Shown here: positions 1 to 12,295 of the stretch, one piece after another
Numbering within the stretch: the stretch's first letter is position 1
Layout: each line of letters begins with the position of its first letter
Source of the DNA: Methanocaldococcus sp. 28A
GTDB taxonomy: Archaea; AGJL01; Methanococci; Methanococcales; Methanocaldococcaceae
Length of the DNA: 64,000 nucleotides
Reading direction: 5' to 3' (one strand)
Assembly (NCBI GenBank): GCA_049852185.1
Contig: CP187540.1
Program-made: the position numbers and the translations under genes
Notes under the pieces: model-generated
The model's database searches: none
Told to the model about the DNA's origin: nothing
What the model saw: only the letters and a program-made list of their open reading frames with translations

Positions 1-134
1 GAATAATAACTGAAAGGATTATGAATAATGCAAAAAGAGAAGGCTTTAATTTTATTTATCATCAAAGAGTCCCTAATGGGGATGGAGGAATTAGTTTTGG
101 ACAAGGTATTGCTTATTTATTTAGAGAGGGGTAA
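1..134 (+). CDS. hypF: Hydrogenase maturation carbamoyltransferase HypF, C-terminal end (runs off window start)
   Basis: Frame from nt 3 reads [43 protein letters not shown]; VPxxDGGISxGQ is the HypF C-terminal motif. Confidence 0.85.
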   Translation, partial: IITERIMNNAKREGFNFIYHQRVPNGDGGISFGQGIAYLFREG

Positions 135-135
135 A

Positions 136-1140
136 ATGATAATTATAACTCCAAGATATACAATTATAGAAGATGGAGCAATTAATAAATTAGAAGAAGT
201 TTTAAAAAATCTCAAATTAAAAAATCCTTTAATTGTAACAGGAAAAAATACAAAAAAGTACTGTAAGTTTTCTTATGATATTGTATATTATGATGAAATC
301 TTAAATTCTCAAATAATTGAGCGGAGATATTTTGGATATGATTGTATAATTGGTGTTGGAGGCGGGAGGGCAATAGACACTGGTAAATACTTAGCTCATA
401 AATTAGGAATTCCATTTATTAGTGTGCCAACAACAGCATCAAATGATGGTATAGCCTCACCAATTGTATCTATAAAACAGCCTTCATTTATGGCTGATGC
501 ACCAATAGCTATTATTGCCGATACTGAGATAATAAAAAAATCTCCAAAAAGATTATTGAGTGCTGGAATGGGAGATATTGTTTCAAATATTACTGCAGTT
601 TTAGATTGGAAATTAGCTTATAAAGAAAAAGGGGTGAAATATAGTGAAAGTTCCGCAATATTTTCAAAAACAATAGCTAAGGAATTAATAAGCTATGTTT
701 TAAACTCTGACCTATCAGAGTATCACTGCAAACTTGTAAAAGCATTAGTTGGGAGTGGAATTGCTATTGCTATAGCTAACTCTTCTCGTCCAGCTTCTGG
801 AAGTGAGCATCTTTTTTCACATGCTTTGGATAAATTAAAAGAGGAGTATGATTTAGATATTAATTCATTACATGGAGAGCAATGTGGAATAGGAACAATA
901 ATGATGAGCTATCTACATGAGAAAGAGAATAAAAAATTATTTGGAATGCATGAAAAGATTAAAAAATCTCTAAAAAAAGTTAAATCTCCTACAACAGCTA
1001 AAGAACTTGGATTTGATGAAGATATTGTTATTGAGGCATTAACTATAGCTCATAAAATAAGAAATAGATGGACTATATTAAGAGATGGATTAAGTAGAGA
1101 AGAGGCAAAAAAATTGGCTGAAGAGACAGGAATTATTTAA
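136..1140 (+). CDS. egsA: sn-glycerol-1-phosphate dehydrogenase
   Basis: [21 protein letters not shown] and [16 protein letters not shown] motifs; start moved to ATG 136 behind GAGGGG RBS because the longer ORF overlaps hypF. Confidence 0.93.
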   Translation: MIIITPRYTIIEDGAINKLEEVLKNLKLKNPLIVTGKNTKKYCKFSYDIVYYDEILNSQIIERRYFGYDCIIGVGGGRAIDTGKYLAHKLGIPFISVPTTASNDGIASPIVSIKQPSFMADAPIAIIADTEIIKKSPKRLLSAGMGDIVSNITAVLDWKLAYKEKGVKYSESSAIFSKTIAKELISYVLNSDLSEYHCKLVKALVGSGIAIAIANSSRPASGSEHLFSHALDKLKEEYDLDINSLHGEQCGIGTIMMSYLHEKENKKLFGMHEKIKKSLKKVKSPTTAKELGFDEDIVIEALTIAHKIRNRWTILRDGLSREEAKKLAEETGII

Positions 1141-1221
1141 ATAGGACTTTTTTTCTTTTTTCTTTTTTAAGGACCGTAGTTCCCATCAAGCATTCACATA
1201 TTTTTTAATGTTTTTTAATTA

Positions 1222-2354
1222 TAGGACTTTCGCATCCACATTTAAATACTTAGATTAACGATAAACCAATTTCTTCACACAAAGAGATTATGGCATTACC
1301 AACAGCTATTCGATTTAGTTTTCTTCTAAGTTCGTACCAACTGATATTTTTATCGATTCTAATTTTCTCTAAGAGGTAGAAGGCTCTCATAGAAAGGGAG
1401 ATATGACCTAAAATTGGAAATTTTTTTCTAACGAAGAAATTGCCAGTATTACAGCACTGTTTAACACCCCTATGGAATTCCTCGATTCTCCAAGAGGCGT
1501 TTTTGACCTCTTGGAATTCTTCGAAACTCATAAATAGGTTATTAGTTATATAATATTTTGCCTTTCCGTTTTTGGAAAGGCAGAAGAGTCTAACATAGCC
1601 AACTTTTCGTAGATAAACGATTAATCCATTCTTAGGAATTTCCTTAATGTCTTCGATTGATACCCACTCTCTGTTTTTGGAGAGTTTTACCTTTCTATTC
1701 CTTTTAATTCTGCAGAGGTAGAATAAACCTAAACTATCGATAAGTTTTAAGTTATCTTTACTTGAATACCAACTATCGAAACAGATATATCTAATATTTA
1801 ATCCTTTATCTACTAAAGACTTTATTATCTCCCTACATAAATTATTTTTCGTCTTTCCATCTCTTGGTCTGTCATATACTCTAAAATCGATTGGAATAAT
1901 ATGTTTTCCATTTGTAATTATGCAATCAACGATATGTATGCCTTTAATTACTCGTTTATGTAGATTACTCCAACAATAATAAGCAAATTCAGTCGATTTA
2001 GAGTAAATTTTATCTATAACAAAGTCATCTATAACGACAATATTATAATCAGGAGGGATTAAATCTTTAACGAAATTAAAAAGCTTTTCTTGTGGGAAGA
2101 TTCCTTCTTCCCAAAGTATTCTATTTATTGTATCGTGAGATATGTCGATTCCGAAAATACGCAACGTTTTCGATAACTCTACACACGAATTAATCTCTGA
2201 AAGTAAATAAAAAGCATATAAACGATAGTCCTCGACATTTTTAGCATATTTTCCCCAAAATAAACTTTTGTTTCGAAAAATTATAATATCTGATAAAAAT
2301 AGATTATCATAAAATATTATAATAAAATATTTAAATATGCTTGCAAAAGTCCTA
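1222..2354 (-). mobile_element. IS701-family insertion sequence, copy 1 (frameshifted transposase)
   Basis: TIRs TAGGACTTTCGCA / TGCAAAAGTCCTA; TAATTA repeated on both flanks; nearly identical to 22976-24108. Confidence 0.92.
1250..2247 (-). pseudogene. IS701 DDE transposase with 1-bp deletion near the N-terminus
   Basis: Same protein as 23082-24080 (IDD, FDSWY, WRIEEFHR), but coding strand reads TTTTTATTTACTT versus TTTTTATATTACTT, cutting off the first ~28 codons. Confidence 0.85.
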
Positions 2355-2373
2355 TAATTATATAAGAGTTATA

Positions 2374-2482
2374 GGCAGTACTGGTTCGTATAAGTCTAAA
2401 GTTGTTAGATGAGTTCGAATATTAAATCATGGTTATGCGTAATACTCGGTTGTGTATGTTTAATGCATATTAGTAGATACTG
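2374..2482 (+). mobile_element. Internally deleted remnant of the ISH3-like element at 20202-21400
   Basis: GGCAGTACTGGTTCGTATAA matches ~20673-20692; the remainder matches the last ~85 bp (21316-21400), ending in AGATACTG. Confidence 0.8.
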
Positions 2483-2514
2483 TATTTTATCTTAACTATT
2501 TTAAAAATTCTGAT

Positions 2515-3618
2515 TTATAGATGAGATAACAGTAATTTTCTTTCATTTCCTAATGGAACTATATTTTTATTTTCAACTTCAATATATGCCCTCCATATAT
2601 TTTTACATTTACACTCAATATCTATAACCTTCAAATCTTGTGTTAATGTGAATTTTTCTAACTTATCTTTAATTAACTTATTGCACTTGCATCCATATAG
2701 GTTGTGAGCGCCTCTCTCACTTCCAATTCCTGATGTGTCACACATAATTAATGTATTTGGGTTATTTTCTTTAACCTTTTTTAATATTTCAATTACACTC
2801 CATAAGAATGGTGGTCTATATTGATTTTTATTAAAAAAGAGTTCCATTACACTACCTTTATGGATTGTTGCTGGACAGAATGATATTCTTGAACATCCTA
2901 ACTCTATACATTTGTTTGCTGAATATATGGCATCTTCAATTGCTTCCTTTTCAGTTATAAATAAAGGTTTTATTAATAGATAAGCTTTTATTCCAATGTT
3001 GTAGTTTTTAGCCAACTCTATAGCTCTAATTATTTGCTCATTTGTTATTCCTTTGTTAATTGCCTTTTCTCTAATTTCTTCATTAAAACTTTCTATCCCT
3101 ACTCCAATTTCAACATTAACATCCAAATAGTTTCTAATCTCATTTAATCTATCAGCATCAATAAATTCAGGTCTTGATTCAATAGCTACCTCTTTTAAAT
3201 TGCAAAATTCTCTAAGTTTTTTGAAAATGTAATCTCTGGCCTCTTTAGGAACTTCTCTATCATCTAAAAAACTTCCAGAAGTGAAGATTTTAACACTAAA
3301 ATCTTTTAAATCTTCTAACTTTTCTTTATGCTTTTCAATTGCATAATTAAACTGATTTATTATGTTTTCAGCAGTTATTTTCTCAGGGGAAGTGTCCATT
3401 AAATAGGAACACATTAAACAGCCCCCTTCTTTTGCATAGTAACATCCCTCTGTCCTTAAAATTATTGTTAGTGATTTTCCAATATTAAAATCTCTATATA
3501 TATCATCTTGAATCCAAACAGCTATTGGTTTATTTTTATCCATTGGTTTTCTTTTCTTTAAATGTCTCTCTCTAAATTTCTTTAAAAACTCCTTATAATT
3601 ATAATTAATTTGGTTCAT
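2515..3618 (-). CDS. Radical SAM protein, archaeosine synthesis RaSEA family (MJ0550-like)
   Basis: ILRTEGCYYAKEGGCLMCSY cysteine motif, KIFTSGSFLD, YRPPFLWS, RGAHN. Confidence 0.8.
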   Translation of the reverse strand: MNQINYNYKEFLKKFRERHLKKRKPMDKNKPIAVWIQDDIYRDFNIGKSLTIILRTEGCYYAKEGGCLMCSYLMDTSPEKITAENIINQFNYAIEKHKEKLEDLKDFSVKIFTSGSFLDDREVPKEARDYIFKKLREFCNLKEVAIESRPEFIDADRLNEIRNYLDVNVEIGVGIESFNEEIREKAINKGITNEQIIRAIELAKNYNIGIKAYLLIKPLFITEKEAIEDAIYSANKCIELGCSRISFCPATIHKGSVMELFFNKNQYRPPFLWSVIEILKKVKENNPNTLIMCDTSGIGSERGAHNLYGCKCNKLIKDKLEKFTLTQDLKVIDIECKCKNIWRAYIEVENKNIVPLGNERKLLLSHL

Positions 3619-3626
3619 TCTATCAA

Positions 3627-3893
3627 CTAATCTATATTCTTTTTTAATTTTTCAATCCCATAATTTTCAACAAAATCTGCCATCCTACCTTTTCCAAACT
3701 TTGCATATAAACTTATCAATTCATCAATAACCAATAAAACATCATCTTCAGTTTTTAAATCTATTAGATGTTTTCCTTCTTTATATATTTTCTCACCCTT
3801 TCCTCCAACAAAAATACTAATAACTTTCTCAGCTCTAAATGAGTAACATAAACCGTAACATTTTCCCTCTTCAGTGCAATATCTCTTATTATT
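3627..3893 (-). pseudogene. C-terminal fragment of a nitrite/sulfite-reductase-like 4Fe-4S protein
   Basis: Minus strand reads NKRYCTEEGKCYGLCYSFRAEKVISIFVGGKGEKIYKEGKHL...GRMADFVENYGIEKLKKNID*; no start codon or N-terminal part. Confidence 0.6.
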
Positions 3894-3909
3894 TTATTTT
3901 TCCAATTTA

Positions 3910-4008
3910 TGGGTCTTACCGATATAGTCAAAGATAGGGCAGTAATGGCTGGGTGAGCTTAGGTTCGCTCTCTCGAAACTTCGTCCTAAAGGGCGGCGGA
4001 GAGCTGTT
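3910..4008 (+). mobile_element. GC-rich orphan right-end / omegaRNA-like remnant of an IS200/IS605-IS607 (TnpB) element
   Basis: GC-rich island in AT-rich DNA ending in GAAACTTCGTCC-TAAA-GGGCGG hairpin, resembling archaeal tnpB right ends; no tnpB ORF next to it. Confidence 0.45.
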
Positions 4009-4038
4009 ATAAATTAAGATATAAGTTAAGATAAAATC

Positions 4039-5061
4039 TTATAATTTTTCATTCCTTAAATCAATTGTTTGATGCATTTCTGGACCTGTAGAGATTATAG
4101 TCACAGGAACTCCAGTAGCTTCTTCAATCTTGTCTATAAATTCTTTAGCTTTTTTACTAAGCTTTTTATATTCTGTTACTCCATAACACTCTTTATCATA
4201 TTTATCTAATCCAGTTAAGGCAATTTGTGTAGCTCCATTCAACCTGCAAGCTTTTCTTGCTAATTCAAAGTCAAAATACCCTACTCTTCTCCTTCTTCCA
4301 GTAACTGTTCCATACTCAACAATTCCTAAATCTTCAGCCTCTTCTAATGACATTTCAGTTGGGAATGGCCCAGCTCCTACTCTTGTAGGAAAGCTTTTGA
4401 ATACTACTACAACTTCATCTACTTTTGTAGGGCCTATTCCAACATCAGCGGCAAATGATGACGCGGTCGTATCTTTAGAAGTTACATAAGGATAAGTTCC
4501 GTAGTATAATGAAAGCAAAGTCCCTTGTGTTCCTTCAATTAGAACATTTTCATCTCTATCCAACGCATTATTAACTTCTTCAGAAACATCTCCTAAAAAT
4601 TCTTTTAGCTCTTCAATATCTTTCGCCTGTTTCAAAATCCTTAACACTCTATCAACATTTGCAGGTCCACAGCCACTTCCAGTAGTTCCAATCTCTTTAG
4701 CTAAGTGCTCATCCTTTCTATCCATAATTTTATGTTTTTCTTCAATAATTCCACATCTATAATCTACGATTAATCTTTCTCTAACATTAAAATCTTTAAG
4801 CATCTCAACCTCTCTTAACAAAACTTCTGGGTCTACTAAAACACCGGCTCCTATAGCTAACTTTGTCTCTTTGTATGGAAAGCCAGTAGGTATCATTCTA
4901 ATTCCATAACTCTTTCCACCAATATTTACAGTATGTCCTGCATTTGGCCCTACTCCTCCTCTTGCAATAATTGATGGCTTGTCTTTATCACAAATATAGC
5001 TTATTATCTTTCCTTTTCCTTCATCTCCCCACTGTCCTCCTACAATAATGGTGCAGGTCAA
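4039..5061 (-). CDS. purA: Adenylosuccinate synthetase (short archaeal form)
   Basis: [29 protein letters not shown]; probable TTG start at 5061 after GGTGA RBS. Confidence 0.96.
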   Translation of the reverse strand: MTCTIIVGGQWGDEGKGKIISYICDKDKPSIIARGGVGPNAGHTVNIGGKSYGIRMIPTGFPYKETKLAIGAGVLVDPEVLLREVEMLKDFNVRERLIVDYRCGIIEEKHKIMDRKDEHLAKEIGTTGSGCGPANVDRVLRILKQAKDIEELKEFLGDVSEEVNNALDRDENVLIEGTQGTLLSLYYGTYPYVTSKDTTASSFAADVGIGPTKVDEVVVVFKSFPTRVGAGPFPTEMSLEEAEDLGIVEYGTVTGRRRRVGYFDFELARKACRLNGATQIALTGLDKYDKECYGVTEYKKLSKKAKEFIDKIEEATGVPVTIISTGPEMHQTIDLRNEKL

Positions 5062-5172
5062 TAAAATCACCTTTTTCACTGTTCAAAACTTTACATTTTT
5101 TTGTAATTGTTATATTTAAAGTTAATTAACATTGAATAATAAAAATGTATAAATTGGAGTTATATTATTTCT

Positions 5173-5988
5173 TTATTTTATATTTTCACAAAGAATTTTT
5201 CCATATTTGTTCTTAAACTCATCTAAATTCTTAATAGTTGTATCTAAAGTTAGAGGAGTTATTGATATATGTTTTTTCTTCCTTAAAACATAAACATCCG
5301 TATCTTCCTCCTCCTCAAATATTGGATAGCCGTCAATCCAATAGTAACTTCTCCCTCTTGGGTCCACTCTTTCCTCAACGTGGGTTGTGTACATCTTTTT
5401 TGCCAATCTTGTTATTTCTATGGGGGTTTCTAAGGTTGCATTTTCTGGGATGTTTATATTTAAGACATCACAGGGCATGTCATAATCTAAATATTTCTCA
5501 GCAATTTTTGCAGTTATTTTTGCAGGAATTTCAAAGTTTATTGGAATTTCTAACTCTCTAAATTTTAAGTGGTCTGAAGTTATTTGTAAAGAAGAGGCTA
5601 TAGATTTAGCTCCATGATGTGCTGCTTCAAACGCAGCTCCCAAAGTTCCAGAAGTCATTATTTCAGTTCCAAGATTTTCTCCAATATTTATCCCAGAAAT
5701 TACTAAATCTGGAACTTTTTTTAATATTTGATAGATTCCTAAGATTACACAATCAGTTGGTGTTCCAGAAACTGCATAACCAATAATATCCTTTGCTAAC
5801 TTAACCTTTGTCATCCTCAGCGGTTCAAATAAACTTATTGCCCTTCCAATTCCACTCTGCTGATTTGTTGGAGCTACTATAGTTATGTTTGCATCACTAA
5901 ATATCTCTTTTAAAGCATTGTATAATGCTATTAATGAAGGAGAGTAAATGCCATCATCATTAACTATCAATATTTCCATAATTCTCAC
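5173..5988 (-). CDS. surE: 5'/3'-nucleotidase SurE
   Basis: NDDGI, SGTPTDCV, SGINIGEN, SGTLGAAFEA. Confidence 0.95.
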   Translation of the reverse strand: MRIMEILIVNDDGIYSPSLIALYNALKEIFSDANITIVAPTNQQSGIGRAISLFEPLRMTKVKLAKDIIGYAVSGTPTDCVILGIYQILKKVPDLVISGINIGENLGTEIMTSGTLGAAFEAAHHGAKSIASSLQITSDHLKFRELEIPINFEIPAKITAKIAEKYLDYDMPCDVLNINIPENATLETPIEITRLAKKMYTTHVEERVDPRGRSYYWIDGYPIFEEEEDTDVYVLRKKKHISITPLTLDTTIKNLDEFKNKYGKILCENIK

Positions 5989-6058
5989 CTATTTAAAGTT
6001 ATCTTTAACATTTAAATACCTTTGATAATATTATTATTAAGATAAGATTAAGTAATTA

Positions 6059-6177
6059 TAGTTGTGTGCAAAATAAAAATAAACTTTAAAAAGGATGATT
6101 TGAATGCCTTCCTTGTAGAAGGCAGTAGAAGGCATTTACTAATTTCTTATTTTAATTAAGATAGTTTTGCACAACTA
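6059..6177. mobile_element. ~110-bp MITE copy (with internal GTAGAAGGCA duplication)
   Basis: TAGTTGTGTGCAAAA...TTTTGCACAACTA termini flanked by TA; internal AATGCCTT...AAGGCA hairpin. Confidence 0.85.
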
Positions 6178-6194
6178 TAAAAGGTTTTTGAGGG

Positions 6195-6986
6195 ATGATA
6201 ATGAAGAAAAGAAATATAACTGAATTTCAAGTCCTATCCGAAATTATAAGAAAACAACCTCACATAAAGCAGAAAGAAATAGCCGAAAATTTAGGAATTA
6301 CTGTTCAAGCAGTTTCAGAGCATATAAGAAATTTAGTTAAAGAGGGTTATGTTAAATCAAGAGGTAGGGGAGAGTATGTTGTAACTGATAAAGGTTTAAG
6401 AAAATTAAAAAATTGGATATCAGAGTTTAGAGAGTATTTAGATGAAATAAATTCGGCTGTATATAGATATAAAGATATATGGCCAGCTATAGCTGATGAG
6501 GATATTGAAGATGGAGAAACAGTATATTTGTTTATGAAAAATGGTTTATTATATGCTTCAAAACAACCAAAAGGAGAAGCAAAGGCAAAGACATTATATG
6601 GTGGAAAGAGGGAGGAGGATATAGCAATATGTGAGATTAAAGGGATTATTGATGTTCCTAAAGGGAAGGTTATTGTTTTTAGAATCCCACCAGAAGTCGT
6701 TGGAGGTTCGAGGGTTGTAGATTTTGATTTAATAAAAAAGAACATTGATAATTTAGATAACTATGTTATAGCAACGATGGGAACTGTTGCTTACGTTGTT
6801 GCAAATAAATTAGGGTTTAAACCAGACATAAGATTTGCTGTTCCTGAAGCTATTGTAAATGCATGCAATAGGGGTTGTAACGTAATAGCTTTAATAACTG
6901 GAAAAATGGCAGAGAAAGTTATTAAAAAGCTTGATAATGCAAAAATCAGCTATACTGTATTAGATGCAACTAAAGAAAACAAATAA
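6195..6986 (+). CDS. Winged-helix (MarR/AsnC-like) transcriptional regulator, archaeal MJ0558-like
   Basis: N-terminal HTH QKEIAENLGITVQAVSEHIRNL. Confidence 0.8.
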   Translation: MIMKKRNITEFQVLSEIIRKQPHIKQKEIAENLGITVQAVSEHIRNLVKEGYVKSRGRGEYVVTDKGLRKLKNWISEFREYLDEINSAVYRYKDIWPAIADEDIEDGETVYLFMKNGLLYASKQPKGEAKAKTLYGGKREEDIAICEIKGIIDVPKGKVIVFRIPPEVVGGSRVVDFDLIKKNIDNLDNYVIATMGTVAYVVANKLGFKPDIRFAVPEAIVNACNRGCNVIALITGKMAEKVIKKLDNAKISYTVLDATKENK

Positions 6987-6995
6987 GGAAGGTGA

Positions 6996-8680
<1,685 letters not shown>

Positions 8681-8683
8681 TTA

Positions 8684-8789
8684 TAGTTTTGTGACTATCT
8701 TAAATAAAATAAGGAATTAGGGAATGCCTTCCTTATGGAAGGAATTCAAATTATCCTTATAAAAGTTTATTTTATTTTGCACACAACTA
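8684..8789. mobile_element. ~110-bp MITE copy (reverse orientation, degenerate left end)
   Basis: GAATGCCTTCCTTATGGAAGG hairpin; ends TTTTGCACACAACTA followed by TA. Confidence 0.82.
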
Positions 8790-8846
8790 TATATGATGCT
8801 TAATAAATAATAGTTGGATTAGAAATAAAATGTTTATGGTGAAGAT

Positions 8847-9611
8847 ATGAAATTGCTATTAATGGGAGGGACTAAGGATAGTGTTGAAATTGGTAAAAGG
8901 TTGAGAAATTTAGGAAATATCTTTATTTTATACACTTCTACAACTAATTATGGCGGAAAGTTAGGAGAAGAGTTTGCTGATGATGTTATAACGAAGCCTT
9001 TAGATAAAAATGAGTTAAAAGATGTGGTAAAAGAATATAATATAGATATTTTGGTTGATGCTACTCATCCATTTGCAATAAACGCAAGCAAAAATGCCAT
9101 TGATGTTTGTAAAGAGCTTAACATAAAATATGTAAGATTTGAGAGAAAAAAGGAAAAAATAGAACATCCAAATGTTATATATGTTAAAGACTTTGTCGAA
9201 GCTGCAAAATATGCCAAAAAAGCAAACAAAGTATTTCACATGGCAGGGATTAAGAATTTAAAAACCGTTGTTGATATTGTTGGAGAAGATAAGGTTATAG
9301 CAAGAGTCTTACCTATATCAGTAAATGAGGCTTTAAAAATTTTACCACAAAAAAATATTGTAGCTATGTATGGAACTTTTTCTAAGGAGCTTAACAAATA
9401 TTTGATAAAAGATTATGGATGTGATGCCATAATAACTAAGGATAGTGGAGAAAGTGGAGGATTTGAAGAAAAGGTTTATGGAGCTTTAGAAGCTGGAGCT
9501 AAGGTTATTGTTGTTGAAAGACCTAAACTTAATTATCCAATTTATTTTGATGATGTAGATGAGTTAGTTAATTACATTAAAAATTTAATTCTTGTTGTGT
9601 CCCGAAAATAA
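8847..9611 (+). CDS. cbiJ: Cobalt-precorrin-6A reductase
   Basis: MGGTKDS, VDATHPFA, TKDSGESGG, ERP; last residues overlap an IS end. Confidence 0.92.
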   Translation: MKLLLMGGTKDSVEIGKRLRNLGNIFILYTSTTNYGGKLGEEFADDVITKPLDKNELKDVVKEYNIDILVDATHPFAINASKNAIDVCKELNIKYVRFERKKEKIEHPNVIYVKDFVEAAKYAKKANKVFHMAGIKNLKTVVDIVGEDKVIARVLPISVNEALKILPQKNIVAMYGTFSKELNKYLIKDYGCDAIITKDSGESGGFEEKVYGALEAGAKVIVVERPKLNYPIYFDDVDELVNYIKNLILVVSRK

Positions 9612-10260
9612 TTTCGCACCTATAAGTAATAAAAAGTAATAACCCATATATAATATGGGCGGTGTAAAACTTGACAATAAAAAGATTAAGAAAATTTAAG
9701 AAAATTATTTAGATGGAAGGAGAAGGGATTTAGAACGAAAGATATTACTAAGAATTTGAGAATATCTACTCATAGAGTTTAGCAGATATGGAAGGAATAT
9801 TGAGAGACTGGGAAATTCCGAAGATAAAGAGTAGAAGTTGGAAGCCAAAAGAAATTACTCAGGAAGAGACTGTTCTCAAAGTAGTCGAGGAATATTAAAG
9901 GACTAGTTCGTTTGGAACACTTATCGAATGTAGGTATAATGAAATTTGATGCCTTTGGCATCATTTTTTCCTTAATTATATAAAGTGTGAAAGTCTTGCT
10001 ATAGGAAAAGTTGAACGGATAAATAAAGAGCGTTGAATATCGATTAGATAGATTTAATAGTTTAGAAGAGTTCATAATTTGTATGAAATCACTAATGTGA
10101 TTTTATAACTCTCCGCTACGCTCCGATTGACATAATAAAATAAAATCTCATCGTTCTTTAGATTATAGGACTCCTTACGAGGTTTATTTCGAAAATACCG
10201 TTAATAATATTGAGGAGCTCTCATGAATTATAATTACGAAATAATTTCAGATACCACACA
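9593..10260 (+). mobile_element. Degenerate IS481-like element
   Basis: TGT...ACA termini with ~24-bp imperfect inverted repeats; broken frames give HTH-like (ITKNLRISTHRV*QIWKEY) and integrase-core (GKVERINK, HRSLDYRTPYEVYF) fragments. Confidence 0.7.
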
Positions 10261-10359
10261 TCAAAGTTTTTTAATAGAACTGTAGGGATAAATGTTTTAT
10301 TATATTTTTTATTATAACAAAATTCCATTATACAGTTCCATACAGTTAGAGGTGATGAA

Positions 10360-11577
10360 ATGTTACAAAAATGTATCGAATGTGGTAAAACTTACGATGT
10401 GGATGAAATAATCTACACCTGCGAATGTGGTGGCTTATTAGAAATTGTTTATGATTATGAAGAAATAAAAGATAAAGTTTCAAAAGAAAAATTTAGAGAA
10501 AGAGAAATTGGTGTTTGGAGGTATTTAGAATACTTACCAGTAAAAGATGAAAGTAAAATTGTAAGTTTATGTGAAGGAGGGACTCCCCTATATAGATGTA
10601 AAAACTTAGAGAAAGAGCTTGGAGTTAAAGAACTCTATGTAAAAAACGAAGGAGCTAATCCTACAGGAAGTTTTAAAGATAGAGGGATGACTGTTGGGGT
10701 AACAAGAGCTAATGAGTTGGGAGTTGAAGTTGTTGGTTGTGCATCAACAGGAAATACATCAGCATCTTTAGCTGCATATTCAGCAAGATGTGGAAAAAAA
10801 TGCATAGTTTTATTACCAGATGGAAAGGTAGCTTTAGGTAAATTAGCTCAAGCAATGTTTTATGGAGCTAAGGTTATTCAAGTTAAAGGAAACTTTGATG
10901 ATGCCTTAAATATGGTTAAACAGTTAGCAAAAGAAAAATTAATTTATTTATTAAATTCAATAAATCCATTTAGATTGGAAGGACAAAAAACAATTGCATT
11001 TGAGATTTGCGACCAACTAAATTGGCAAGTTCCAGATAGAGTTATAGTTCCAGTAGGAAATGCTGGAAACATCTCAGCTATATGGAAAGGATTTAAAGAG
11101 TTTGAAATGACTGGAATTATTGATGAACTTCCAAAAATGACAGGAATTCAAGCTGAAGGAGCTAAGCCAATTGTTGAAGCTTTCAAAAAGAAAGCTAAAG
11201 AAATCACTCCATTCAAAAATCCAGAAACAATTGCAACAGCTATAAGAATTGGAAATCCAGTAAATGCCCCAAAGGCATTAGATGCTATATATTCATCAAA
11301 TGGATATGCTGAGGCAGTTACTGATGAAGAGATTGTAGAGGCACAAAAATTATTAGCAAGGAGAGAAGGAATTTTTGTTGAACCTGCTTCAGCCTCTTCA
11401 ATAGCTGGACTTAAGAAGTTGTTAGAAGAAGGAATTATTGATAAAGATGAAAGAATTGTTTGTATAACAACAGGACATGGATTAAAAGACCCAGATGCTG
11501 CTATAAGAGCGAGTGAAGAGCCAATAAAAATTGAATGTGACATGGAAATTCTAAAGAAATTATTGAAGGAGTTATAA
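10360..11577 (+). CDS. thrC: Threonine synthase
   Basis: NPTGSFKDRG PLP-lysine motif, CASTGNTSAS, PVGNAGN, TGHGLKDPD. Confidence 0.96.
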   Translation: MLQKCIECGKTYDVDEIIYTCECGGLLEIVYDYEEIKDKVSKEKFREREIGVWRYLEYLPVKDESKIVSLCEGGTPLYRCKNLEKELGVKELYVKNEGANPTGSFKDRGMTVGVTRANELGVEVVGCASTGNTSASLAAYSARCGKKCIVLLPDGKVALGKLAQAMFYGAKVIQVKGNFDDALNMVKQLAKEKLIYLLNSINPFRLEGQKTIAFEICDQLNWQVPDRVIVPVGNAGNISAIWKGFKEFEMTGIIDELPKMTGIQAEGAKPIVEAFKKKAKEITPFKNPETIATAIRIGNPVNAPKALDAIYSSNGYAEAVTDEEIVEAQKLLARREGIFVEPASASSIAGLKKLLEEGIIDKDERIVCITTGHGLKDPDAAIRASEEPIKIECDMEILKKLLKEL

Positions 11578-11704
11578 TCCTTACTAATTATCTCTCCTAT
11601 ACCTTAAATACTTTAAATACTTAAAAAATATATGGAGTCATAAAAGTATTTATTATACTTTGAATCTTTTTTTATTTTTAATAGAACTTTATAAGGTGAG
11701 AATT

Positions 11705-12214
11705 ATGCAGAGTGTAATAAAAGGAAGAGTTTGGAAGTTTGGAGATAACATAGATACAGATGCCATATTACCAGCAAGATACTTAGTTTATACAAAACCT
11801 GAAGAATTAGCTCAGTTTGTTATGACTGGTATAGATGAAGCGTTTCCAAAAAAAGTTAAGCCAGGAGATATAATTGTTGGAGGAAAGAACTTTGGTTGTG
11901 GTTCAAGTAGAGAACACGCTCCATTAGGATTAAAAGGAGCAGGAATTAGTTGTGTCATTGCTGAAAGCTTTGCAAGAATATTTTATAGAAATGCTATTAA
12001 CGTTGGATTGCCATTGATTGAATGTAAAGGAATTTCAGAGAAGGTTAATGAAGGAGATGAATTGGAAGTTAATTTAGAAACTGGAGAGATTAAAAACTTA
12101 ACCACTGGAGAAGTAATGAAAGGAAATAAATTGCCAGAATTCATGATGGAAATCTTAGAGGCAGGTGGATTAATGCCATATTTAAAGAAAAAGATGGAAG
12201 CTGAAAGCCAGTAA
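11705..12214 (+). CDS. leuD: 3-isopropylmalate/citramalate isomerase small subunit
   Basis: [16 protein letters not shown] (YLVY loop of isopropylmalate isomerase), [11 protein letters not shown]; ATG 11705 behind AGGTGA RBS. Confidence 0.9.
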   Translation: MQSVIKGRVWKFGDNIDTDAILPARYLVYTKPEELAQFVMTGIDEAFPKKVKPGDIIVGGKNFGCGSSREHAPLGLKGAGISCVIAESFARIFYRNAINVGLPLIECKGISEKVNEGDELEVNLETGEIKNLTTGEVMKGNKLPEFMMEILEAGGLMPYLKKKMEAESQ

Positions 12215-12295
12215 ATTAAATTTACTTTCTATTTTTATTTTTTGAATTTCTAAAATTAGAGAATACAATATCTAAATTTTATTTAGAGGGATAAA

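Noticed and set aside
28-135. N-terminal extension of egsA in the ORF track
   Set aside because: Overlaps the hypF 3' end; the RBS supports ATG 136
3910-4008. GC-rich patch as a tRNA or SECIS element
   Set aside because: No cloverleaf or T-loop motif, and no adjacent ORF with an in-frame TGA
9779-10075. 98-aa minus-strand ORF
   Set aside because: Antisense to the decayed IS481 transposase; no recognisable motifs
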